A DNA stretch of 63,950 nt, the filler included, from Welwitschia mirabilis (lineage: Eukaryota): NCBI GenBank assembly GCA_051453625.1. It is 4 parts of one record of this genome, joined end to end, with 100 filler letters (N's around TTAATTAATTAA, not from the genome) between each part and the next. Parts side by side here need not be neighbours in the genome. Positions count along the whole stretch, not along the records: positions 1 to 26,632 come from JBOZIK010000001.1; 3 more parts are not named here. One strand, given 5' to 3'. The translations under genes and the position numbers were made by a program. Shown here piece by piece: positions 1 to 12,197 of this stretch. A model generated the notes under the pieces. The model searched no databases and was not told the origin of the DNA. It worked only from the letters and a program-made list of their open reading frames with translations. Position 1 is the first letter of the stretch, and each line of letters starts with the position of its first letter.

Positions 1-3000
1 GAATAAGATCATGATCTATTATATTTATGATAAAATATATGATCATCATGATGTTCTATCACACCAAGGTAATTTTTCTTGAAACAAACCTTTGATAGTA
101 TTAATAGTTGTGGAAACTTCACTAGGGAATCAATTGACCATGCTTTATAGGTTCTTACTTTTTTTACTATGGCTATTTTCCCCTCATCATTAGAAGTAGT
201 AAGAAAACTTTAAAGGTATGGGATCAGTGGTGTTTCTAGTATCATCAAAATAATTTTTTGTTTTTTACATTTTNNNNNNNNNNNNNNNNNNNNNNNNNNN
301 NNNNNNNNNNNNNNNNNNNNNNNNNNNNNNNNNNNNNNNNNNNNNNNNNNNNNNNNNNNNNNNNNNNNNNNNNNNNNNNNNNNNNNNNNNNNNNNNNNNN
401 NNNNNNNNNNNNNNNNNNNNNNNNNNNNNNNNNNNNNNNNNNNNNNNNNNNNNNNNNNNNNNNNNNNNNNNNNNNNNNNNNNNNNNNNNNNNNNNNNNNN
501 NNNNNNNNNNNNNNNNNNNNNNNNNNNNNNNNNNNNNNATGGTCCTATTTGTCTATTTTCATTCTATTTTTTTAGTTATTTAGTTTGTTGTTTCAAAATT
601 ATTTCCATATTTTTCCATCATTACTTTTAGGACCTTATCATTTAGTAGTTTTCTTATTATTACTTTCATTTTTACTCATGTTTTTTTAATCCATAAAAGT
701 TAACTTTCTTTTAGCATTTTAACTAGATGATCTTCTCTTATGCTTAGATGATTTTCCTTGTGATTTTTATATTGTTTCATTAAGTCTTTTATAGTGATAC
801 ATATTTTCATAATTATTTTTAAATTTAAGCATATTTGTTTAGTTTTCTTTGTTAAGTTTCATCCTACTTAGTACATTTTCATGATCCTATCTTTTGATTA
901 TTTTGAGTATTTCTTATTCCTAATGCTTATTCATCACGATTCTTTACCATTCCCTATTTTTTGGATTTTCTAATAAATTTTGATACATATACACTGATAT
1001 CTTAATCTAACTTGTTTAAGTAACATTTTTATTTTTCTAAACTTTTTTAAAGTCTTATCATCCACTAGGTCACCCAAATGATAAGGCAAATGACATATGG
1101 AATTTTTATGAAAGTTATCCTAGGGTTATTGTTTAGATGACGTGACTGAATAATAGTGTAATAAAATCTTTACTATGACAGTTTCCATTATTTTTCTTCA
1201 TTTTTGATTTGTTTTCATCTGTTCCTTTGAGAAATAACATTACACTAGGCTAATGACATCTTGAATCTTTCACCCATGGGTTTAATGCCATAGATTATGA
1301 GATTTAAATGAATTTGTCAAGAGGAGGTATGTTTTTCTCTTCCTTGTTATTTTTAATTTTTTCTCCTATTTTTGACCCTTTCAGCATGCAATTTTCATGT
1401 ATATCATTCAGTATTTTATCTTTTTCAAGTTGGTACTTATGAATCTGATTTTTACCATGTATTTTATGAGATATCTGAGTTTTGCACATTTTATGAGGTA
1501 GAATTAGATTTTCAACTTTAAAGCTCATTTTCTCGAAAATCATTAGTTGAAGTGTAGTGATCCTTATAGGTAAATAAATTAGTATAATGAGCTTTATGCT
1601 CTTACTAGATTAGATTTTTGATTTGAGCAATTTCATTTTTAACCTTCTATGGGGCCCTCCTATTTCATACATTTTCTTTTTTTTTTCATGTTTCATGATT
1701 TTTCTTTATACTATTATACAATACGATATGTATTAATTTTCTTGAGGAGGACAAGACATATTTTCATGACTTTTACACACATTTTCACGAAATACATTTT
1801 ATCAATTTCCACTAGATCTTATGTGATGTGCTTCATGTTGGTGATTGATTAGCCCATGCACATGATGGGCTAGATAGGATGAGGTAGAGGTTTATGCACT
1901 AGAGTAGGAAGTAGGCCAATTAGTACCATCTTAGATTTAGTGGGTAGACCCAGTTCATCCTTCACCTTGCTAGGCATGATTCCATTTTATTCAAATGATC
2001 TCTATTTGAGTTGAGAAGTACTTTAGTAATTTTATGAATTTATTAGAGCTAGAAGTGGATTAAATTTGATAGATCTTTAGCTTAAGTGGATTTTGGATGT
2101 ACATAGGGCTTATTACATCTCATAGACTAGAGAGTTTTATGATATCATGTATACTAAGAGGTGATTTGATGCTTTCAACTACCTAGTTAATATGATTATA
2201 GCTACCATTTGTGGCCATGAGATATCAATTATCACAAGTTAAATCACTACTATTAATAATTTAAATGGTATCATAAATATACATATTCACTCATATGGTG
2301 GTATAGAGGAGCGTCATGCTTATGGTACAACATTAGACATGCTAGCTGATATTACTAGTGATAGGTGTGAAGTTTTACTGATACATTTATTACTTACCTA
2401 TTAGATTCTTCATAGAATATTAATCCATAATATTAGCCCTTCCTTCCATAATAGTTATGCCACGATGGTTCACTTTTAGATACTAGTAGTATTTAGACAA
2501 GTAGAGTAGATGGACTTATTGACATTCATTTGGAGAAGACTCAGGACTATGATTAAGGCTCTACAACTACAAACTTTGGGATATTCATGTCTCCTCTTAA
2601 TCATGTTTAAATTCTTTGGTATACCTAAGGTTGTGGACAAGCAAAGACTCATGCATCTTTAGAATTCCTCTTGTTATCTACAAGATATGGACATATAGAT
2701 TCTAAAAGTGGAAGAAAGACCTTAGGTACAAAGACGTATGATTAGCATCACCATTAAGTAGATTTAGGCTTTCCTACTAAACAATGCATAGGAAATTAGA
2801 GACATAGTAGATCAAGGCTTTTCCATGCTAGAGTAGAGGATATCCATCATTGAGAGGAAAGTTTAGCACACTCAAAAGTAGTTGACTAATGTGAATTAAT
2901 GCATATTATGCATTAAGCATGGTGTGACAGTTGAGATCCTAAAGGTAGTCAAAGTTTAGGGAGACGAGACTACATGCTCCATCATGATAGCCCTTGATCA

Positions 3001-3432
3001 TTGTTTCTTTAAAGATCCTAAGCATTCTTAATCTTCTTTACTTAGATCTTAGCCTAATGTACATCAAGAATTTATTTTAACATGATGAGGGGAATGGTTT
3101 ATTACGTGTATTATGTATCTTCCCTTCGTGAATTGTATTAAAACTCATGATTTTATTTAGACATGATTTTTTGAGTATTATTATTATGTCTAGCTTTTAT
3201 TTTTGAGATACTATTGTACATCATATTATTGAGACATTACATGATGATGAACTTTATGTTATACATGATTATTTTTCATTATATAGCATATATTTAAGTG
3301 AGGAGTTGTTAATTTTGTTAAGGTTTAATGTTTATTCTTTTGAAATTTTTTTTACAAGCTTTTGTTTTTTAAGAATAATTTTTGGAGCTTTTCATCTTCT
3401 TTATCATTCAGATGTCCACTAGGATAATAGTG
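1..3432 (+). mobile_element. Athila-type Ty3/gypsy remnant A1: post-integrase spacer plus env-like ORF; truncated by window start and interrupted at ~3433
   Basis: Colinear with the reverse complement of 45710-43484 and 36230-35020, the 3' region of minus-strand Athila element B3. For example, 1500-1590 matches 44130-44230 and 2260-2350 matches 36100-36200. Confidence 0.8.
1865..2950 (+). pseudogene. Degenerate env-like/additional ORF of Athila element A1
   Basis: Manual translation gives a GRG-rich start, LKWILDVHRAYYIS*TREFYDIMY, ILHRILIHNISP and TLGYSCLLLIMFKFFGIP. Homologous to 9434-10560 and to the split copy in B3. Many stops. Confidence 0.6.
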
Positions 3433-4207
3433 TGTCACATTCATATGTTTACTCTTCTTTTAAAATTTACTAAGGTTATGTTTAATGAATTAATTAGAGA
3501 AGATTGAATTATTTTGAAACCTCTAATTGATATGAATATTATGTTTTTTAGATGCTATCATATTGAATTATAGTTGGAGTTTCTTTTGATTAAAATATTA
3601 CTTACAAATCTTTAAAATGTTTTTTTACTAGTGATTATTTCTTTCCCTTATTTTTTAAACATCTTAGATATTATGATTGATTAAATATAAACTGTGAAGG
3701 CTTGTTATTTATTTTTTCTCATTACTATGGTTAAATGTGAAGCATTATTTTTTTATATTATTAAAGCACCCGATGGCCAGAAAAGCCTTTATGAGATATT
3801 ATGAAATCCCTTTTACTATTGGCTAATGCTATGTCTTTCCATATTCTTAAATCTTGTTACCTTATCCCTATTCTCTCTCTTTAAATAAAGTTCTTCTTTC
3901 CTCAAGTCTAGTTTATTTTTTTTGAAATGACCTTGCCTTAAAATCTTAGAGATTAAGAGGTTTAGGAGCTTTGGAAACCTGGAAGATCTCCAAAGAGCTT
4001 AAACATATATGGGTATGATTCTATTCTTTCTTACTTCCTTGTTGGTTCATTCTTTATATGCATTCCATTAATGAGATTGTCATGTTTATAATCTTAGAAA
4101 ATGAATATTAAATCATGTGATACTTGGTAAAGATAAATTTAGTTTTGTTTCAAGTCATATCTGCATCCACCTTCTATATTCAATGTCTTGACATTATCTA
4201 TTCTTGG

Positions 4208-4347
4208 TATGAGTTGATATCTTATGGTTAAATTTTATCATATTTTTCTTGTCATCGTGATGTCTTGAACTTATGGTTATGAGTTGATAGCTTGTGATTA
4301 AATCTTATTATACTTTTCTTGTCATTGTTATGTCTTGAATTTATGGT
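4208..4347 (+). repeat. Tandem duplication, 2 x ~70 bp
   Basis: TATGAGTTGATA.CTT.TG.TTAAAT.TTAT.ATA.TTTTCTTGTCAT.GT.ATGTCTTGAA.TTATGGT occurs twice back to back. Confidence 0.85.
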
Positions 4348-4357
4348 TATGGATTTC

Positions 4358-4695
4358 CATAGATTATCAAATGAGGTAGTGGGCTTCATAGATTACCGAA
4401 TGAGGTAATGAAGTGAGAATCCAATAGATCACTAAACAAGGCAGTGGGGATATTAGACTTATCACAGATTGCTAAATAAGGAAGTGGGATTCATAGATCA
4501 CCAAATGAGGAAGTGAAGTTAATGATATATGAGATTATATATATATGAGAATCATAGATTACGGAATAAGGCAATGGGCTTCACAAATCATCGAATGAGA
4601 TAGTGAAGTGAAATATAAAAAATTATATGAGAACCACAGATCACCAAATGAGGCAGTGGACTTCACAGATTACTAAACAAGGTAGTGAAGTGATT
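4358..4695 (+). repeat. Minisatellite-like array: 9 copies of a ~24-bp core, CAYAGATYACCRAATGAGGCAGTG
   Basis: Cores at about 4358, 4387, 4423, 4463, 4492, 4553, 4582, 4635 and 4664. Confidence 0.85.
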
Positions 4696-5792
4696 GAGAT
4701 ATGTATAATTATATATATATGTGTATATATATATATATATAGTTATAGTTATATAGTGATTATTATCATTCATAACCATAAGGTTAGTGTTTGTGATACA
4801 TCATATTTCTTGGAGTCTTTACTTGTCTTTCTTAGCTTAACTCTTAGAAAATCCTTACATATCTTACCTAGTCTTGCCTAGACCATACTAGGAGCTATGA
4901 GATTTTCATAGTTCTCATTCCATACTTTTGTGTGTAATAGGTGGAAATTCTGGAGTATAAATGATGAAGTGGCATAAGGAGGTGAAGGATCATTAATCTA
5001 GTATTGATGAAAAATCTTGCTAAATAAATTTTAATCCTTATTTATCTTAAATGCTTGGTGTTATAATAACTAAGTTTCATGAGAAATAGTATGGTTTTCT
5101 TGGAATAGTGTTTCTTAGACATGTTGAGAGTTTAACTTTATTTTATTATATGTGTGATTATGGTTTATACATTTACTCAGATGTTGCATTTTGTATTGAA
5201 AAATGAATATTTTACCTAAACTTTCTTACAATAAATGTGATGATTTTAGTTCATATTCTTCATTCATTACTTGAAGCACTATGCTGTGAATCTCAAATCC
5301 TTAGATGTGTATTTTACCTCAAAGGCATTGGATGGCAATTTGTCATTGAAGATTTCATTTCATTTTCAAGCTTCTATTGTAAAGATTTCTTGAGAGTTTT
5401 AGTTTATGTGTGAATATTGAATAATGAATCTTAATTACAAAAGTTATGTACATTTATTATAACAATTTTTTTTTTAAAAGGGGCATGTGATTCTCCCTCC
5501 TCTCGTAAAGATTCTAACCCAATACAGTTAGGTTTATTTAGTTTTCTATTAATTATTTAAATGTTATAAAGTTAATATGATTAGAGAAGATGAAAAATTA
5601 ATTCAAAATTAGTGGTTCTTTCACAGTGAGATTTAAGCCACTGACCACTCCTTTCTGAATAATGGTAAAGATGTAATAATTACGGTTCATGGAGGAGAGG
5701 ACCATATTAAAAAGAGCCATTATTAAAGGAAGTTACAAATTCTTAAGATGGACATTACAGAGTTTAAAGTTTCTACTAGCTTAGATATATAA

Positions 5793-5807
5793 TACATACA
5801 TACAGAC

Positions 5808-5850
<43 letters not shown>
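5793..5850. repeat. (TACA)n(TA)n microsatellite running into a gap
   Basis: Directly visible. Confidence 0.95.
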
Positions 5851-6068
5851 NNNNNNNNNNNNNNNNNNNNNNNNNNNNNNNNNNNNNNNNNNNNNNNNNN
5901 NNNNNNNNNNNNNNNNNNNNNNNNNNNNNNNNNNNNNNNNNNNNNNNNNNNNNNNNNNNNNNNNNNNNNNNNNNNNNNNNNNNNNNNNNNNNNNNNNNNN
6001 NNNNNNNNNNNNNNNNNNNNNNNNNNNNNNNNNNNNNNNNNNNNNNNNNNNNNNNNNNNNNNNNNNNN

Positions 6069-6356
6069 TTAATGCTTGTAGCCTTGTCCAAAAGGTGAAA
6101 AATTGATAAATCTCTGCCAACTTTTATATATATATACAAATAATGAGTAAGATAATTTGATTATGCCATTTTTAATTAAAGAAAAAATGAGTGATGGAAT
6201 TTATTTCATATGAGTCATAATTAATATTGAACTTATAACTATTATTAATCAGTGACTAGTGACCACTAGCTTAGATATATAATACATATATATATCTAAA
6301 AGTTGGCTGAGATTTATCAAATTTTTTTGCCTTTTGAATGAGTCTATAAGAATTAA
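6069..6356. repeat. ~70-bp imperfect inverted repeat, each arm abutting (TA)n; possible MITE termini
   Basis: The reverse complement of 6069-6136 (TATATAAAAGTTGGCAGAGATTTATCAATTTTTCACCTTTTGG...) matches 6287-6356 (TATCTAAAAGTTGGCTGAGATTTATCAAATTTTTTTGCCTTTTGA...). Confidence 0.7.
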
Positions 6357-6479
6357 GGAAAATATATTTTCTTAAACGTTAACCATTAACCAAAATTAAA
6401 TGCTTATTCTCAGCCAAAATTTACTTCATATGCCCTGTTACACCATATTCTTGTAATAAAAATTACATCCTAGTGACTA

Positions 6480-7150
6480 TAAATTATGTTACTAAATGAG
6501 TAAAAGTCATTCTTATAATAAAAAATGATGTCAAAACTATATGTTCTTTCCTTAGATCTAACATTTTTCATAGATATGACTTCTTAAGAATTTTGATAAG
6601 CAGTCAAGAAAATCATTTTATGAATAAAATGTTTAGAAAACTCATTCTTTAAGTAGGAACTAAACATAGGATTGCCAATGCTTATCATCCACAACCAAAT
6701 GGCAAAGCTGAAAATGAAAATAAGAAAATTCTTTAGAAACTCATTTTAAAAAACAACAAATCTTGATCTTTTAAACTTAATAATGTGATTTTCTTATTAT
6801 AGTACTTGACATAATTCACTTGGTTTTTCTCCTTATGAACATATGTAGGGTAAAGCTTGCGTTCTTTCCATTTAAAATCATTCATCAACTTAATGTATTG
6901 GAATTTAATGATAATATTTAGTATAGACTAGTCCAACTTCAACATCTTGATGAGAAACATCTTTTACATAACAAGTTTACTTCAAAATACTAGATTATTA
7001 GCTTTTGAAAAAAATTTGTTCTAATGGTTGTATTGAGAGTTTTGATTTGGAATCCAAAGTTATCCAAAAATTTAATGGATAAGGAATCAAAAATTTACAC
7101 ATTACCTAATGAGTGTACTTATGTCTTAAACATGATAGAAGCAATTAAGT
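6480..7150 (+). pseudogene. pol: Gypsy integrase remnant
   Basis: NHFMNKMFRKL...AYHPQPNGKAENENKKI corresponds to the gypsy YHPQTNGQAE motif; disrupted. Confidence 0.8.
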
Positions 7151-9433
7151 TGTAAGAACCTCTTGAGGAAAAAGAGAAGGATCTTCCCTTTACCATTTTA
7201 TAAATCTTCTTTTAGCTCCATTACTTGGTTTAACTTATGATGCTATTGATCATCTTTAACTTGGGTCATGTTGAAATTTCATATGTCATATCATGATTAA
7301 CTAATCTATTACTTTGGGAATTATACTAAAAAATATTGGATGTAGTCAATCTTTATATATTCTTATATGTAACCCACTAATCTCCTTGATTAATTTATTT
7401 TAAAATTAATTATGTTAATTAGATGATTATTAGGAATCATATGTTTTGTTATTTTATTTCAATGATCAATTAATTCTATTAAAATGGGATTTCAAGTTCC
7501 TAAAAAAATAAAAAAGTAAAAAACAAAATAAAAAGTTAACCCTTTATAAGAAATATATATCATGATGTCTTATTGCAAGAGCACTGGGGTAAATGTTTTG
7601 GAGAGGGGCCTTTGGCAGTGTAATATGGTAGTTGTGGAAACTTCATCAAAGGGTCAGTTAGTTATAATCTAGCTTTTCCTATGAATCCTTACTCTCTTGA
7701 AAGTGGTTGCACTTCCCCACTTCATTCCCATTATCCTAAGTAAAAACTTCTTAAGGACTTTATAGGATATTGATTATTAAATAGTGCTATAAATAAAGTA
7801 CTGTGGTTGCTAAAAGCTAAAGATAGATTAAAATATAGTACAAACATATTTTGATACTTTTTAAATAATATTTGGATGTCGGTCCTTTTAGTACCTTATC
7901 TAATAATAAATTATAATATTTTTTAGAATAAATCATGCATCTTTACATCAAGTAGTCTTATGATTTTCTCTAAGGAATCTTCCTAGGTTAAAATTTAGGG
8001 CAAACTACTTAATCTTCTTCTTGTTTCATATTGTTGATTTTTATTTTTTATTTTCTTAGTTGCAAATTAGTTATCTTAAAGTCATTCACCTACTTTTTCA
8101 TAAAAAATAGTAAGAACTTTATCATTTTCTAAATTATTGAGTCCTAGTGCACAATAAACAAATCCTTAATTGTGACTCTTTTAAATGTTTTAGCCATGTC
8201 ATCATGCCACCATAGCATTCTTATTAATTAAAAACTATAAAATTAGTTTAAAAGGTATCATTCCTTTAGTCACCTAGAAGACAAGCCAGATGAAACTTTC
8301 TATTCATTCTTGTCTTTTTAAGATGTTTGTATTTGAACTTATCCTTTGTTCCATTTAAAAAAAGATTACATCCTTGTATATCACATTTTTTCTAACTCAA
8401 GTGCTATCTTCATCACATCCTCAGCCTTAACATTATCATAGTCTCCAAATCACACTTATAAACTTTATTACTCAAGATTAATGAAAAAGATCTTTTGTCT
8501 TATTTCTATCTAAAACTTTATATATCTTATCTTTCACTTAAAATCCATCAAAAGTTCTTGAAAAAGCCCTATTATCTATTATGTTGTTTAGATGATAAGG
8601 TAGATAACAATCATCTCCCAAAAACCATATCAATCCTAGTGTTATCTAGACAACACTATAAGCAACATTCATATCTTTCTACTAGTTATTTTAGGGTTTT
8701 TGTGTGGATGATGTGGTAGACGATGACTATAGAACCTTAGTTGTAAACCCTTCTTTCATTCATTTTCTTCATTTTCTGACCAATTTCCTCCATTCTCGAG
8801 CTATAAGAATTATGCCTTTACATCCTATAAGGTTTAAATAGCTTCATTTTGATAGATCTATCCTTCAAACATGATAATCAATTTGTTTTTTTAAAATGGG
8901 TTTTTTTTAGTTTTCTAATTTTATACTTATTTCTTTATTTATTAGCCTTTTTGAATCTACTTTTACATAAAATAATCATTTTTTTTTATTTCCATCAGGT
9001 TATTCTAAATAGATTTGAAGTTCACTACATATTTTATGAGATATGTGAATTTGTGTACCTTATGAGGTAAAGTTAGTTTTTCTTTTTTAAAATCAAATTT
9101 TTCTTAGATCATGTAACAAAATATAGTCATGTTCATAGTCAAAATGATTAGCAAAATGAGCTATACAATTCTACTACATCATATTTTTAATATTTATCAT
9201 TTATTTTTTTCACATTTTTCCATCCATCATTATTATCAAACTTCATAGAATTCAAACATTTCTCTTTTTTTTATAATTTCAAATAAATTATAATGGAATA
9301 GAGGGGTAGAAATTAGTCTTTGAGATCTTATGTTAAGATTTTTTTTTTTGGGAGACTTTAAAAACTTTTTGATACACACTACATAATAAATCTATAATTT
9401 TAATTTTCTTGATGATATATATTATGAGTATTT

Positions 9434-10560
9434 ATGGTAGGTCACATACCAGAGATCAGTCCAGATAGGTAGAGGCAGAGGTAGAATCCTCTTTCTATAC
9501 CACCTCAAGAACTCTTACAACTCTATCAATCATAAGAGCCAAGCCAGTTTATTCCCCTTATTACTCTGTTAGCTCTTAGTCCATTCATATAGCATCTATT
9601 CAAGCAGAGAGAAACTTTAGAGATTTTATGAGATACTTAGATCCCGAGATTGATGATAGACTAATATAGCTCTAATTGCAATGGATCTTATATGCACAGG
9701 GTACTTATTTCACCTTAAATATTTTTCATAGTTCTATGTCTTCATGCATATAAAAATACAATTAGGTACAAATGGCTATATTATAGATACAATCATAGTC
9801 ATAATCCATAGTAATGAGCTGTTAATTCTGTTAGGACATATAGCTAGAATAACAGAACTAAGTGGATTAGGAAACATTCATATACATTTAGTATGTGGCA
9901 AGGTAGAATGACATGCTTATAGCATGATGTTAGACATTCCACCAGATATGGTAGGAGATAGTAGAGAGGTTTAGGTCACATACCTTTTCCTAACCTATAG
10001 AGTTTTGCATAAAGAACTAATTTATAACATTAGTTCTTCCTTCGATAATAGTCATTATAGCATATATACACATACTGGTAGCATTTTCTCAAGAGGAGTA
10101 GATGGACTTGGCTTCCTTCATATGAAGGAGTTTAAGAGATATGTTAAAGATAAGACACATTTAGATACTTGGATTTTCATACTTACTTATTTCCATATTT
10201 AGATGTTTTAAAATTCTAGAGGTCGTAGATGAGCAAGAGATGTCTCATTTACATATATTTACTTGCTACATAGAGGACATGGACATTTAGATTTCTGAAG
10301 AGCCTAAGAAATAGCAACAACAATCTTCTAGAGCTATCCTATAAGAAGTCACCCTTTATTAGATACAAGGTTTGCTTGTAGGTGTAGTATAGGAGATGCA
10401 TAAGATGATGGATTAGGATTTCACTGAGATTAGATAGAGAATGACTTCTAGAAAACATCAAATGATTAATATGAGAGATAATATGTCAGCTCTAGGGAGT
10501 CATATTAGATAAATTGAGTAGGACATCACTATAAATCTTCTAGAAGTAGTATGGTTCTAG
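9434..10560 (+). pseudogene. Degenerate env-like/additional ORF of A2
   Basis: GRGRGR near the start, then LQWILYAQGTY and TYRVLHKELIYNI (overlaps ORF 10005..10202). Homologous to 1865-2950. Confidence 0.6.
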
Positions 10561-10680
10561 GGCAAGAAGGTTACATGCTTAGTAGACTTTCATGAGTACT
10601 CACTTCCCACTAGAGGAAGAGCACCCTTCATCTTCACTTGCTTCAAGTGCTAGAGTAGAGTTTACCATTGCCCATTGAGA

Positions 10681-12178
10681 TGATTGACATAGTACAATCT
10701 ATTTCATACTATACTTAAAAGCTTAATGACATATACATATATTTATTTTTTATAGTTTTTGAATCATAATATCTCATAATAATTTATTATACCTTATTAT
10801 TAACTCATAAAAATTGATATAACTAATTAACCTTATTAAAATATATTAATATAATTAAATTTAATCATAAACACATGTATTTTATTGATTTTTATATTAA
10901 TTACATACCTAAGTATTTTTTCATAACATTTTCAGGTTGCTTAAGCTTAATTGAAAGACATGGTTTAGTTTCATAATTATCAGAGTTGAAACTTTGATGC
11001 CATTATCTAGGCCACTAGTGTCATTAACCTATGTTTTCAGATCCTCTTTTGATTCACATGCTTAGAATGTTATGGAAAATTATATAAAATAAAATTATAG
11101 TCTTAATTAAATTATACATAAAAAATTAATTTTATTCTTATTGACATGTGTAGCGATGATAAGGATTCACATAGTAACATTTGGTAGGGCTAATTAGAAT
11201 GATGGTGGAGACACAAAGCATAGTCAGTAGTTGTTAGTAGCTACAATACTTCAAAATCAAGTGGTGGCATTGTCATAATCATCTTTATCAAATAAAAGAA
11301 AATATAAATTATCCTACCAAATTCTAAATAACAAAGACTCTACCAAATTCAACAAGATAAAATTTATTCCATTAAATTCTAAATGACAAGATTCCACCTA
11401 ATACTATAAGTCAAGAACTTGTAATCATTTCTCATCCCATATATCCCTTTAAAAGGCCTTATACATTCAATGTATTCATCTTTTCCTTCATAAGAAATTG
11501 AAGCACTTTGAAGCATTTACTTATGATGGATTTCTAGGTAACTCTTTAGGAAAGTAAGCTAGTTCTTAAGGATTTTCTATAACATTTTTCTTTTTATTTC
11601 TTCCCTTGCTATAAGATTAATCCTACTTTACAATGTAGAGATTGTTTTATTTGATTTTAATTCATGAGTAATGTTATAATTGGAATGCTTAGGAAACTAC
11701 TTCTAGTATTAATTTTATTTTATCTTTGTGAATCCACTTTTATTACTTAATCTTTTAGTTTCATAGGTCTTGAGTACTCTAGAGGTCCTTACTTTCTTTT
11801 TTTATTTTAAAGTTAAAGTGTTAAAGTAAATTTACCAATTATCATATGAAGGATGAAATTTGCCTTATGACTTGAGCCAAATGTACTTAATAGTTTAAAT
11901 GTTTTACAAAAAAGATGATTAGATAATATCAGATTAAAGGAGTAATTAAGGACAAACTAATAAATACCTTGGAGCTAGTTCACTTTCATTCTCTCTTAGA
12001 TAAAATTTAAACTCTAAAAATCATTTCGTCTCTTCTTCTCTTTTTTTTTCTTCTTTTTATAACTTTCTTTAAAGTAAAGTGATATAAAACTGAGTTAATA
12101 CCTAATTTTATCCCTAATAAAAAATGATAGCTAAGTGAAAACTTAGCTTAAATATGAGACATTGTATTATAGTTAACA
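10681..12178 (+). repeat. 5' LTR of Athila element A3
   Basis: Starts TGATTGACATAGTACAAT and ends ATTGTATTATAGTTAACA, an imperfect terminal inverted repeat. Followed by a decayed PBS and then gag. Confidence 0.6.
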
Positions 12179-12183
12179 AATTT

Positions 12184-12197
12184 TAGTGTCATTATGG
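12184..12197 (+). promoter_or_regulatory. Decayed primer-binding site (tRNA-Asp type, Athila)
   Basis: TAGTGTCATTATGG differs from the Athila PBS TGGCGCCGTTGCCGG almost only by C>T/G>A transitions and lies just after the LTR end. Confidence 0.55.

Larger units (their letters stand above)
3433..5492 (+). mobile_element. Probable Tekay/Del-like gypsy LTR (solo or fragment) inserted in A1
   Basis: Athila homology stops exactly where TGTCACAT begins (3433). GGGGCATGTGA near 5480-5490 resembles the inverted terminus. Contains internal tandem repeats typical of such LTRs. No TSD found. Confidence 0.45.
6480..10680 (+). mobile_element. Athila-type gypsy remnant A2: integrase, spacer, env-like ORF
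   Basis: Integrase motif KHRIANAYHPQPNGKAE at ~6660-6715, shared spacer block at 7561-7720, env-like remnant at 9434-10560. Confidence 0.75.

Noticed and set aside
258..575. Long ORFs containing X runs (also 19947, 30647, 36694-37378, 49097-49616 and others)
   Set aside because: Artefacts of translating through N gaps.
4358..4695. CRISPR-like repeat-spacer array
   Set aside because: Repeats are degenerate, spacers are absent or low-complexity and uneven, there are no cas genes, and the context is a eukaryotic TE.
8495..9070. Short hydrophobic F/L/I-rich ORFs (also 1649, 16991, 50587) as membrane proteins
   Set aside because: Expected by chance in T-rich spacer DNA or antisense to TE genes; no conservation between element copies seen.
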